Assembly: GCF_000150275.1 (NCBI RefSeq)
Contig: NW_002060945.1
Location: 9,130,011-9,194,010 of the forward strand
Length of the DNA: 64,000 nucleotides
Source: Trichoplax adhaerens
Taxonomy: Eukaryota > Animalia > Placozoa
Reading direction: 5' to 3'
The position numbers and the translations under genes were made by a program. This document shows positions 50,901-62,416 of the stretch, in pieces. The notes under the pieces were generated by a model, which worked only from the letters and a program-made list of their open reading frames with translations, had not been told where the DNA came from and did no database searches. How positions within the stretch are numbered: the stretch's first letter is position 1; each line of letters begins with the position of its first letter.

Positions 50901-51254
50901 GACGCTATAGCAAGAATTTTGTAGTTACTAAAATAATATATTTTGTTTGTTACTTATTAGCAACCTAGCTCCGTTATATTCAATAGAGGGCCATGAAGAC
51001 AAAGTACTTGCAGTCGATTGGTCAGAGCCACAGGTTACAAAAGACTTATTTAATACACCTACTTACAATCAATGCCACACAAGATTGCAGTTAACCTTTT
51101 GGCAAATGTCTATACTAGATATAAAATTAATTAATTGTGCATAATCTTTATTTCTCTTAGTAATCACTTTTTTGTTCATTTTTAGTATATCGTTAGTGGA
51201 GGAGCTGACAACAGAATACAGATTTATCAAAGAGAAGTTGCACAGAGATCGTAA
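47996..51254 (+). CDS. WDR12: Ribosome biogenesis protein WDR12/Ytm1 (NLE/ubiquitin-like domain + WD40), multi-exon
   Basis: ATG 47996 MELENDKTSSKQLQIRL.., then QFDFAINNDLLRDSLE, ESVIEVVYF..PPP....LHSDWIKSV, GSLDGTARIW, TASQDGTLRLW, ITLSGHTDGIDAVVW, TAGWDHRIKIWD, IRLYDPR, SGSFDNTVKLWDIR, APLYSIEGHEDKVLAVDWS and SGGADN. Stop TAA 51252-51254. Confidence 0.95.
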
Positions 51255-51607
51255 TACTGTAATATCGTAATAAAATATTTTTAATTAATTACAAGGACTA
51301 TTCATGTGCTGTGTTGGATTGTCTCGTTCTCATTTCCTCCAATATATATATACGTGTATGTATATGCATGATATAAATTAGTGACACTATGCAGCGTATT
51401 TAAATGTAAATGGTGATTGAATTTAGAACGCTACTTATTATTAGGCATAAAAGTTGATCGCTTTTAATAGTAATATGAATTTTATCTAAAATCTATTTAC
51501 ATGAGTATCGTCAATATTGAGGCAGTAATAGCGAAGAGATTCTTTACTACTAACAAATGCTATAATCGACGTTTAATATCAGTTTCTCCTCGGTTATCAT
51601 CCGTGTG

Positions 51608-53426
51608 CTATAATTTTTTAAATTTCCCTTGCAAAAATACCCTAGGAACAGAAAGATTTTCCTTTTTATTGACAGTTTGTCGGTATACATATTCGCACGT
51701 TACGACTTCGAATCCCTCGCCGATGAACAGTTTACGAGTTGCCTCTGGAATAAAAAATTAGTTTATGAATCACGGCAAAATACTATAATACGAATAAATT
51801 GTAAATCATCCTTTTTACATTTTATTTATAACTGAAGTAGTGTCGAATATGCTGAATCAATCGAGATTCAATTTAAAACTTTGGTTCCCATCATCATTAC
51901 AGTAATGTGTATGAAAAGCATATCATCACTGTTGCTAATCTTTACCTTCAGAAAAAAAGTAAGCCATCGTACCATCTTGCCTGACGTAAAAGTTGTCATC
52001 TATTTTATGTCCACGAGAGAATCTTAGCATAGCGTGATCATAAATTCCGTAATCGCGAAATAGCAAAGTTCCCCCAGTTGCCATGACCTGTACAAGTTTA
52101 TATTATATATATAGGTTATATACATTATGACTATATTGACGCCGACTTAAATAGTATAGTATCTAGGAATTAACGCTACAGTAGAGCTTCGATGTAAGTT
52201 AGTAGTGAGTAGATTCTACAAGATCGACTTAAGAAATTACTTAAATATAAATTATAACTCATTTTTAAAGTTTAAATAGTTATGTTGAAGTATTGTATGT
52301 ACTGTACTCATTTCATTCTTAGAAGAACAATACCTTGCCGATATTAGCAATAGCTGCACTCATTTTTTGTGGTGTAATAGCTGACAAGACAAAAATCAAT
52401 GTAGCGATATTGATAGTAGCAGCTGGAATTGACAGCGTCAAATCATCGCAAGTGATGTCGCATACAAAGGCATGGCATTTTGCTTCATCATACAATCTAT
52501 TGCTCTGATAAAGATAGTAAGTCGAAATTGTTTTTCATCATAATAAATATACGGGTATGTCAAGAGCCATTTAGTTACCGTTAGTATACCGGTACTGAGC
52601 AACTTAATAGAGGATATCAATGCAATTATTTCTCAATTGCAATTGTTTGTTAACTGTAGCAAAATTGGACACTAAAATAGTTCACTTACCTTTACAAAAT
52701 CAATTGCCCGAGGTGAGAAATCGCAAGCGTAAATATAGAGTTGGCATCCTTCTTCAATCAAAGGAAAAACAGCATTACCAACGCCACAACCTACTTCCAG
52801 CATGTAACGTTTGGAGCTTACATTGCTGTTTTTATTATCCTATAACATTTAAGATTATTGTAAGAGTGTGGTTACTGGGAAAATGATTGAATGATTAGTT
52901 CGTACTATCTCCGAGTACAGAGGTCGTAATTTTAAAGATGCTTGCATACTACAGTACATCTTTATACTAGTAGATAACAGATGTTGCATCAACTTCATAT
53001 TAATCAGACTGCTAAAAAGATTTGTATTTTAATGAAATTCTGCAGCTATCCAATGTGTTGCACGTTTTGCAAAATTTTGCGCCAATTAAAATAGCATGAT
53101 CTTGATTGAATCTGCTTGTGTGTGTATACTCGCATGTAGGTGTATTATTTAAGATCTGATTGACAGTTGATCAAAGTACGGCGAGTTCAATTAGTTCATA
53201 CCTCGGAGCAGAGTTCTTTAAATTCTCGAGTTGTCCAGTGCCTATCTTTAAAAAATTTTGTAGTATTTCTTTTGTAAAAGAGATCCCAATTTTTTTTAGC
53301 TTCTTTTTCTAATTTTTGTCGTTTGAAAGGTGTCAATAAGACGGTATCCATTGCTAATTGACTGCTCTCTTCTTCAGTTAATTCCCTAACATTATGGGTC
53401 GTCAATTGCACATCGTCGTCCATCAT
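51608..53426 (-). CDS. METTL6: tRNA m3C methyltransferase METTL6, 5 exons
   Basis: KLEKEAKKNWDLFYKRNTTKFFKDRHWTTREF; LEVGCGVGNAVFPL..YACDFSPRAIDFVK (SAM motif I); LIFVLSAI; LLFRDYGIYDHAMLRF..NFYVRQDGTMAYFFS; RQTVNKKENLSVPRVFLQGKF. Stop TAG at 51610-51608. Convergent with WDR12. Confidence 0.93.
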
Positions 53427-55526
53427 CACGACAATGATTATGTGTTTCTTATAATTATTGGTAATACAATATTACGATTATCACACACAGTTTAGCATAA
53501 CAGCGCCCACTTGGATCAAATTACAAGAATCTCGTTGTCCAGTAATTAACCTTGTCGATTAATAGCACGGAATGCAGTCGAGCTAGCAATGAGAGCTGCT
53601 TGAAAATTGCTTGCAAATAAATATCCAGTAGTCGTCTTTTTAATGGTGAAGCGTTTGCTTCCTACGATACAAATGATCGTCTACTGAGAGCACGGTAGAA
53701 TCCTCAAGGAATTGAGTAGATAAAAGAATCATAGAATGGGTAAGATATCTATTGCTTTATATTACATCTATCCACTTTTGCTAGGAGGTAGAATCGAAGT
53801 TATTTCCTATCAATAACACAGCTCACTAGCAGCCAACTTGAAATGCATCCATTGCTGTCGATGGCCAAGATGGACGGACATTCATCAAGCTGCGTGCTGT
53901 TGCCAGGATTCGGAATCAATGGGAGTACAGACGGTATCACGTGCCCTATGATTGCTATAATTTCTTTGTCAACCACGGTCAGGTCTAGAGACCGTTATAG
54001 AGACCCTTAGAGGGTGGGTCTCTAGTCAGTCAGGTCCAATCTGAAAAATGGGGAGGGGAGTTGCTGAAATTTGAATGGTAAAAGAGAGTTTAGTGCTTGA
54101 AAGGAAAGTCGCAAAGCTGCCTAATATATGCAACCCGATTACCTGGTTGTGCTCTCACTTTATTGGATTCATGATTTTAGAATCTACAGCTTTAGTTCCA
54201 CTTTATTTCATATTTCAACTGCCTTTATATGCTCATCCGATTATAGGATTATTAATGCATGATATGACGAGAACAGATACATCTGTACCGACCGTAGCGG
54301 TATACAGTACTACAGTATGGTGTACATGGCGCAATTTGAAGACTTTGCCCTTGTTGCAAGTATATCCATTACGTTTTGTAGAATTCTGAGACTAGAAATG
54401 AGCTATTAAACACGGAAAATAGTAGAGTACCCTACTGTCAAAATAGTTTGTTTTTCACGCAATGTTTGACTTAAGCTTTTCTTGGCACCCAGTGTACAGT
54501 AGTCAGGTATACACTTGGACAGGACGACGTATTGCATTCAATGGATATGATTTGATGATTGATATTCATCGCCTTGATATTCTGAGCTATTTATGTGTCA
54601 CTATGTTAAGCAACTTTAAACAACTGCATCAGACTAGCGTAATAACAGACAAGATATACGTTGTAGTCCAATTGTAGATTAAGAATGTACGTCAATGTTG
54701 TAGAAAGCTGGCAGACAGTCTCTGAAGCTCCCTAAATGTAATTTCTATGCGCGTTATTGATTGATAAACTAAACTTTGGTGCGTCGTTGACAATTTCATC
54801 CAATATTATACACTACTGTACGTATGTTGAATTGATAGAATGGCAGAGCAGCGCGATAAATCCGTATGTGCAACACTATCTACTATTAAGGGTAGAATTG
54901 TAAACTATAAGCGAATAGAAATATATATTTATGCAACTAGATCCATACGTATCGACGTAGAACTATCTCATGCAATGGATGACAAGGCTTGAACCTAGAT
55001 TGAAATGTCATCAATTTAGATCATAACCTACGTCAAGTATACGCTAATACAGTAGTAACAACTGTATTGGCTATAGAGTAAAAAAAAAAAATCAAAATCA
55101 AAAATGAGACAACTATATTCTCTGCATCATTTGATGAAGGGAGACTTTCCAACGTACCCCTGCACTATGTACAAGTCCAATTTATGTTTTACTTATTTAT
55201 TTTACAGACTATAAAAATAGAGAAATTCGTGCAAGCAATAATATCTAATATCTATAGCCGTAACATGGAATCCTACATCTTATTCAGTCATTATAGTTTC
55301 TTCATAACGTGCTATCGTCGTATGCATGATAGTATACTTAAATTCAGGTCATCGAAATAACAAGGGAGATTCGAAAGCGGAACAGAACGGACTGATAGTT
55401 TCATCACAGAATAAGCATACTTATATGTAGTCAATATTTGTACGACACAGCATCATGCTATAAATGACTAGTCTTGATTGAACTCTCATACAATCACCAT
55501 CGCCTTTAAAATAGTTGTATCACTCA

Positions 55527-56180
55527 CTATCCACTATCTTGAGCAATGCAACTGTCGTAAAGTTACCTACTACTTCGGACTACCGTCATCAATAAGACAT
55601 CGAGCAGCTCAAGTGTTTAACAAGCGTACAATAAGATCCAAGCTGGTAGACAGCTTGGCAAGTTTTAGCATTTTGACTTCTATTCATTCTATTGATTGAA
55701 AAACACCGCTTTTAAGCGTACACTGTCAACGATTTGGATATACTCGCATTAATGAGAAGATTGTGGAATAGTGGACGAATTATTCGTATGGGTAATATCT
55801 TCAGTGATTCTAATGTAGAATTATGAATTGGAAATAAACGTTTAAAATAGTTGTATTACTATCCGCTATCTTGAGCAATACTAACAACTGTAGTAAAGTT
55901 ACCTACTACTTCGGACTACCGTCATCAATAAGACATATCGAGTAGCTCAAGTGTTTAACAAGCGTACTATAAGATCCAAGCTGGTAGACAGCTTGGTAAG
56001 TTCTATCATCTTGACTTCTACTCACTCTGTTGATTGAAAAACACCGCTTTTAAACGTGCACGGTCTACGAATTGGATATACTCACATTAATGAGAAGATT
56101 GTGGAATAGTGGATGAATTATTCGTATGTGGCAATATCTACAGTTATTCTAATGTAGAATTATGAATTAGAAATAAACGT
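55527..56180. repeat. Tandem duplication, ~330 bp x2
   Basis: CTATCC.CTATCTTGAGCAAT..AAAGTTACCTACTACTTCGGACTACCGTCATCAATAAGACAT...GAAATAAACGT at ~55527 and ~55859. Confidence 0.93.
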
Positions 56181-57518
56181 ATTTAGGTCATACTTGCACA
56201 ATGTAGAAACAGGCTACAGCATGAAAGACTAGCCTTCAATCTCGATTAAATTCTTATAAAATTGCTACCGTAGTTGAAGGCTTTCCAAGTCACTTTATTG
56301 AGCTACTGTAATACTAAAATGATGTACAAACAATAGGCACGTAAATCAATACCCAAGTAAAATGGCGATAATCCAGAATTTTACGTCTGCGATATTTAGA
56401 CGTGCGGGTTAAATTTATCTTAGCGTCTTTTTGGTAAGGGTATGATCATGACTGCTATTACCATGAAAAATGATAAGCTTTACTCTATACGATTACAACA
56501 AAAATGGGTGGAAAATCATTGGAAAATATCCTGATATTACACTTGGAAATCTCAAATGACTTCCCACACACCCTGTACATTGAAGATTTGTGCTACCCTT
56601 GATTCGCTTTTCAGACGGGTCACGTAGTCAAATTTGGCGTAAAAGCTGTCCATCTGTACTCTTATTCACTTAATTGATTGAAAAGCGATGATTGTTATAC
56701 ATGCAGAGTTTACAATACTAATGTCTATGAACCAACCCTTCACACCTATGAATTATAATTCTAGCATTACAGAATGGTGGATCAATTCACGGGTCTGGCC
56801 ATATCCACAATGTAAAGTAAAGGTGGGATTTGCAAATGAATACGGCACACGCTGCAACGTGTTCTCAATGGCTAGCGAGTTTTGATCCAATTCACACGTA
56901 AAATCACATCATCATCAATTCCACGGTATACTATTTTAGTCAATCCATCATTATCCGTAATACCCTTTCAACTCCATAGAATCATAAAGTTAAATAAATA
57001 TATTGTACATCAACAATTTTAATCGAATTAATTTTATATTTATCTTATTCTACTCTATTAAAACGAGCGTTTAGAATAGTATCGAAGGTATAATTGCACT
57101 AGATTGGTATCTACAGCTATTAAATTAAATTAATGAATGAATTATCCCAGTAATTTGCTGTTTCTCCATCAAAGCTGACATTGTGCGGTGGTGATCGGCT
57201 GCGATATTCTACTGTATCCAAGATACTATCAAGGGCAATCTAGATTATTGTCAACGGTACTATTAAAGTGCTGTTAATTAATACTGTATGTCCTTGTTTG
57301 TCTTTTACTCGTTAATGTCGATACTGTAGAGTGGATTTTATTCCATCTTTATTTTGGGTAGGAGGGGCGGGGGCAACTTGATATCTCAGATTGTAGGATG
57401 GAATATCTTAAACGATAAAATTTACTTACTGGAGCAACGCAAACAGCATCAATTTGATTCCAGTAATAGGCATTTGGTAGTAAATTATAATACTGTGAGG
57501 CATCCATCGTCAAATTTC

Positions 57519-57686
57519 ATCGATCTTGCATTATGGTTCTGTATCATAAACTCGTCTAGGCAGCATTACTGTTAATATCTGTGGGCCAATGTCGGTCATG
57601 ATATCGATCTTGCATTATGGTTCTGTATCATAAACTCGTCTAGGTAGCATTACTGATGATATCTGTGGGCCAATATCGGTCATGAT
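57519..57686. repeat. Tandem duplication, 84 bp x2
   Basis: ATCGATCTTGCATTATGGTTCTGTATCATAAACTCGTCTAGG...GGTCATGAT occurs twice. Confidence 0.93.
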
Positions 57687-58259
57687 CTGTTATCTTAGTC
57701 AGGTGCACTAACCCTATTAAAAGATGCAATTTTATCCCTACAACTCTAGTATGTTTTCTACCCAGATACAAGATGGGACATCGAGACAGAAGCATACCAC
57801 TCCTCCATTTTGAACGAGTTCAAGTTGACTTTGGATGACCTTTCCACTCTACAGTCTACACGAGTACTTTAGAGTGTACACTGGAGGGTTTTTCTCTTAC
57901 GACTAGAACTATTATTATAGTCGACTCTTCCTATTAATTGATTAAGCAGACAAATGATGAATTTATCTGTAATTTTTTCAATTTTAGCAGCTTTGCCAAT
58001 GATATTATAACAAAGCCGTCAACCATCTGCTGCCTAGAAGAGCTCTTGGTAGACTGTCTACTCCTATAGTCCGGGACTAGTCACTGCATTTAGACCACGC
58101 TGGTTCATTAATAAGACATGAAAAAATCGCAGAGCTTGTGCCTAAGGCTCACACTGATTATTTTTACTGTAATTTTACCTCGTTTTTCTCTTCTTTTGCA
58201 AATTGCAAGGGGATATTTTAGGTTCGGTTAGACAAGGACTACTAGAAGAAGACGACCAG

Positions 58260-58295
58260 GTAGGCAGGGCAAACCCATACGTTTGCCCTGCCTAC
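58260..58295. other. Perfect 15-bp inverted repeat (hairpin) with 6-nt loop
   Basis: GTAGGCAGGGCAAAC-ccatac-GTTTGCCCTGCCTAC. Confidence 0.9.
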
Positions 58296-60394
58296 TACAG
58301 TACTACCTGGTTCGTTACAATACTACGTCGATGTGTATACTGTAGTACTGTACTAAACACTGGTACAGTATAGCACAGTACAGTACAATTCAGCAACACC
58401 GCCAGCGTACTAAATAATATTGTATTGTGGGTGACAATTAAATAATCTAATTTTTTATTTTGTTTTTTAGGTCGAAGCCAGCTAGACCCAAAGCGGGAGA
58501 CTGACCAAGGTGAGGAAGAGAAAGAGAGAGAAATAAGCCATCGAGCTCTTGACTACAGGAACTAATGATCAATCCAGTCCAAAATTCTTCTATTTTTGCT
58601 AACACTACCATCAACGGATCAGATTGTGACCAGTCGATTGATTGAGGAGAGAAAACAAGAAGAAGAAAATTGTTGGAACCAATTTTGCATCAGCTAAGAT
58701 CGCTTCCAATTAGATTGATTGGATCGAATCGTAAGTATTCAATCTATTTTTTCCTCGATTTTTTCCTACTCTTATTAAAACTGCCATCAATGAGGGTAAA
58801 AAAAGAATTCATTCAACATTGTCGGCTCCAAGTTGATAAAGTACAAGTAGGATAGTGATCAATCTGACCATGGTAGATGGCATGATACATAGACGGCGTG
58901 TTTCAAGAATAATTAGCAACTAAATAACCATACAATTCATCAAGATAGATTAATATTCATGATAAGAATACACTTGATTAAATCACTTAGATCATCGACT
59001 TGGTAGTCAATATCGTCATGTTGTACACCATGAATACTTTACCATTTGGAAACTGCAGATTGAAATTTAATCGCTACTCAACCCGATAGACTCTTTTTAC
59101 CAACTTAGCAGTTGCAGCAATCCTTTTTCCTCAATGCTATGCACATGTTATAAACATACTTCGCTACTACTCTAACCATGTGTTGTACAGAATTAGAATT
59201 TATCATCGATTCATTATATATTGCTGTGCCGATAGATGTACTGAGACAGTAAAAATCACTATCAGATATCTATCTTCCCATGATACAACACTATATAAAC
59301 AATACATGGCCGATATGAATAGCCCTTTTCCAAACTCAATTTCATCCTTTGCATACATTTGGACAAGAAGAAGAATTGATGATTATTCCATTAAGTACCT
59401 TTCTACAGTATCGATTGTATTACAGTAGTACCTAGAGATGTAATCAACACCATTTTTCATGAACATAGAAGTAATCATTTTCATCCCATAGCTTCCGACA
59501 GTACAGTACATCACCTACGTTTTACAGTAGACTCATGGAGCTCATTACCAAATTCAATTTCATCTTTTTACAAGTATGCATATTTAGACACATCGAAGAA
59601 TTACAATATTCATCTCCATCAAACTTCATCAAATACCTGCCCTACTACTTCATCTATTACTTCCTCAGAGCCTATTCTAAAATTGAATTCGTCTTCCACA
59701 TACATTTCCATAGTAAAAAGAATGAATAGACATCGGAGACCATGATAGATCACCTATGACAATATACTATGCCATGAGTAGACATCATAATTTCACCTTT
59801 TATTGCGACTGTAATAATGATATGATTATGTTATCAGATCTGCTTCTATATCGTCCATTGCAATATATGTACTCGTATAGGTTCAACGTTTATCCTTGAT
59901 TTAGACAATAGTCACTACTACCTGGGACTCTTCGTCATCCACCATGTTGGAAGACGAAGCAGCCGAGATTGTTGGATACTGACTGTACAAGTCTAAGTAA
60001 AGAGGCTATCAATAAATAAGTAGTTAGCATCTATAAGGAGTAATGTATAACTTGTTCACTCCAATCTCATGTCTCAGCAGTAGTAAATACATCCTAGTGC
60101 AATCCATGAAAAAGGAAACTGAACAAAGTGATAACATCAGTTTTGCGGCTCCTTTTTGAATAAACACTTGAACTTTTTTTAATCACTTTTACTTCTATTT
60201 CTGGGCATTACCTCCCACTTTATTACCTGTGTTATTTTTCCCAATTGAAAAGAGAATGAAAATATTTTACTTAGGAATACTTGAAGATCCTTTGTTCTAC
60301 TTATCATAGTCGTCGTTCTTTGATCGAAACACTACTCACTCATCCTGATTTAAACGAAAGCAAGCTCATCATGATTGCATAACAATTGATAAAG

Positions 60395-60545
60395 TCATAA
60401 ATCTTACTGTCATTCTCATTATCATCATTCTCATTCTACCATAGATGTCTTTTCAATTTACAGAATTACTCATAAATCTTATTGTTATTCACATTATGAT
60501 CATTCTCAGTCGACTATAGATGTCTTTTTAATCTATAGAATTATT
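60395..60545. repeat. Tandem duplication, ~76 bp x2
   Basis: CATAAATCTTA.TGT.ATTC.CATTAT.ATCATTCTCA...ATAGATGTCTTTT occurs twice. Confidence 0.8.
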
Positions 60546-62416
60546 CTATCCGCACAACTGCTAACAATAATGTGGTATTAGTAAGGAATATACAAGGAGC
60601 CTTTGTGATCAGCAATTTTCAATGTTACAACTTTATGCATTTGATCTCAAATCTTTTTTACTATGTTGTATACTACAAGAATACGGTCGAGAGAATGAAT
60701 TCTCGGAATTCTTTAAAATCACACACTTTTTTAACTTTGTAAATTTGCTAACGAGTCAATCCCACGCTTATACCCCTCGCCTATCATGACTAAAAGTTAC
60801 CAGTACATGTTTTCGTATCTTTGCTAAGTTAACCGATACGATAATAATTATATTATAATAATAATGGCCGCTGCTGTAAATGAATTTAATATTCTCGTAT
60901 ATACATACATGACATAAGGATCATGCCATAGTCATTTCTTCATTGCTTATGTAGATACGTGTATAGCATATACAGTAGGATGCTACAAAGTATTCAAACG
61001 TGTCATTTCACATTAATTCAAGCTTATTTTCACGGAAACCATATCATACTATTCATGGAAGACAATCCTGCATCCGCCAAGTATTCGAAAATTGCAATTG
61101 CAATCATATTGAATGACTATCTGAGAATTATGAAAGAAAATTAAAATTATCGTCCTTTGATTACTATAGCTTTATAACAAATAGTTACGCAACGAATGTG
61201 CTACCACGTACTAGTTTTACTACAATTTATTGATACACAAGGATTGTAATATTGTTTATTAAGAAGGAAAAAACATATTTTCAAGGTAGTATATTGGGAA
61301 GAGAGGTCACTACCAACAGATATCAAAGAACTATTATATAAATGTAAATTCTCTTGATAAATGATCAGATGAGTCTAGTGATTGCAGCAGGGATTGATCT
61401 AAAAATAGTGAAACCAATAATTTCAGTAAACTTAGTTCATTAATTATATAACCTTGGGCATCTTTCTGTAAACATATATATCATCTAATAAAATAGCTCC
61501 GTTCAGTGATGTGATTGGATTTATATTGCTTTGAAACTATGTTTACAATTATAATATTTTTACTAACTACATTTAAAAGATGATAATAGCTTATTGTAAG
61601 CGTCGACAAAAGTTACTAAGAAAATTATTGTTCGTATGGCTACTTCTTGTATCGTACAGTGCAAGATTTTGTCGTTTCTATTCAACAGTTATTCTAATAT
61701 TCTAAGCAGAATATTTTAAAGATAACGTTAAGTTACCTTAATCAGAAGCAGACTTTATTAGATAGCTATAATCTGATTACACTTTATATTGAGTCATTCA
61801 TACTCTAGTCACTTAGACGTATAAACTGATCAATGTATATAAGCTTTCGTCGTTTAATAAAAAGCATTGAAAGCCTTTAATTCATATCATTATAGGAAGA
61901 AGGAAGGGTGAACAATTGATGCTTAATTAATGCCTACTTTAAGCGTCTGCCTAGTCATATCTTCCGCCATATATAGATACAGATTTGTAGATACACCTGA
62001 CTGCCTAAAACCTAGATTATTGTCATTGCATAATAATATGGAGTAAATCAAAGTTAACAACATTTACAGGAAATGAAAAATATAATTTCCTTGAAAGTCC
62101 ACGCAATCACCTAATACTAGGCTCGTACTTGGCTGTATTTTTAGTTCTGATTCCTTATGAATTGTAATAAAAAATTGTCGATCATCTATGGAACCTTCTA
62201 TTTTAATACTAGATCGTTTTTCTATAGGAATTCCGTATGATAAACTAGATTGCCTAATCGATTATTGCTATCATATTTCATAATATTGAAGTATGAACTT
62301 TTCATGGCTGAATGCTTATAAAATAATACTATTCATCTTGATTTTTTTCTAAAGATTTAACGGTAGGAGATTTGAAATTATAGCACTATAATCGAAGAAC
62401 AATTAAGAAGTGAAAA

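Noticed and set aside
58260-58311. Hairpins as pre-miRNAs or Helitron termini
   Set aside because: Stems are too short for pre-miRNA, and no CTRR terminus at the expected spacing or Rep/helicase sequence was seen.
54075-61144. Scattered 60-104 aa ORFs in the METTL6-to-membrane-gene interval
   Set aside because: No domain resemblance and no consistent spliced frame could be built.
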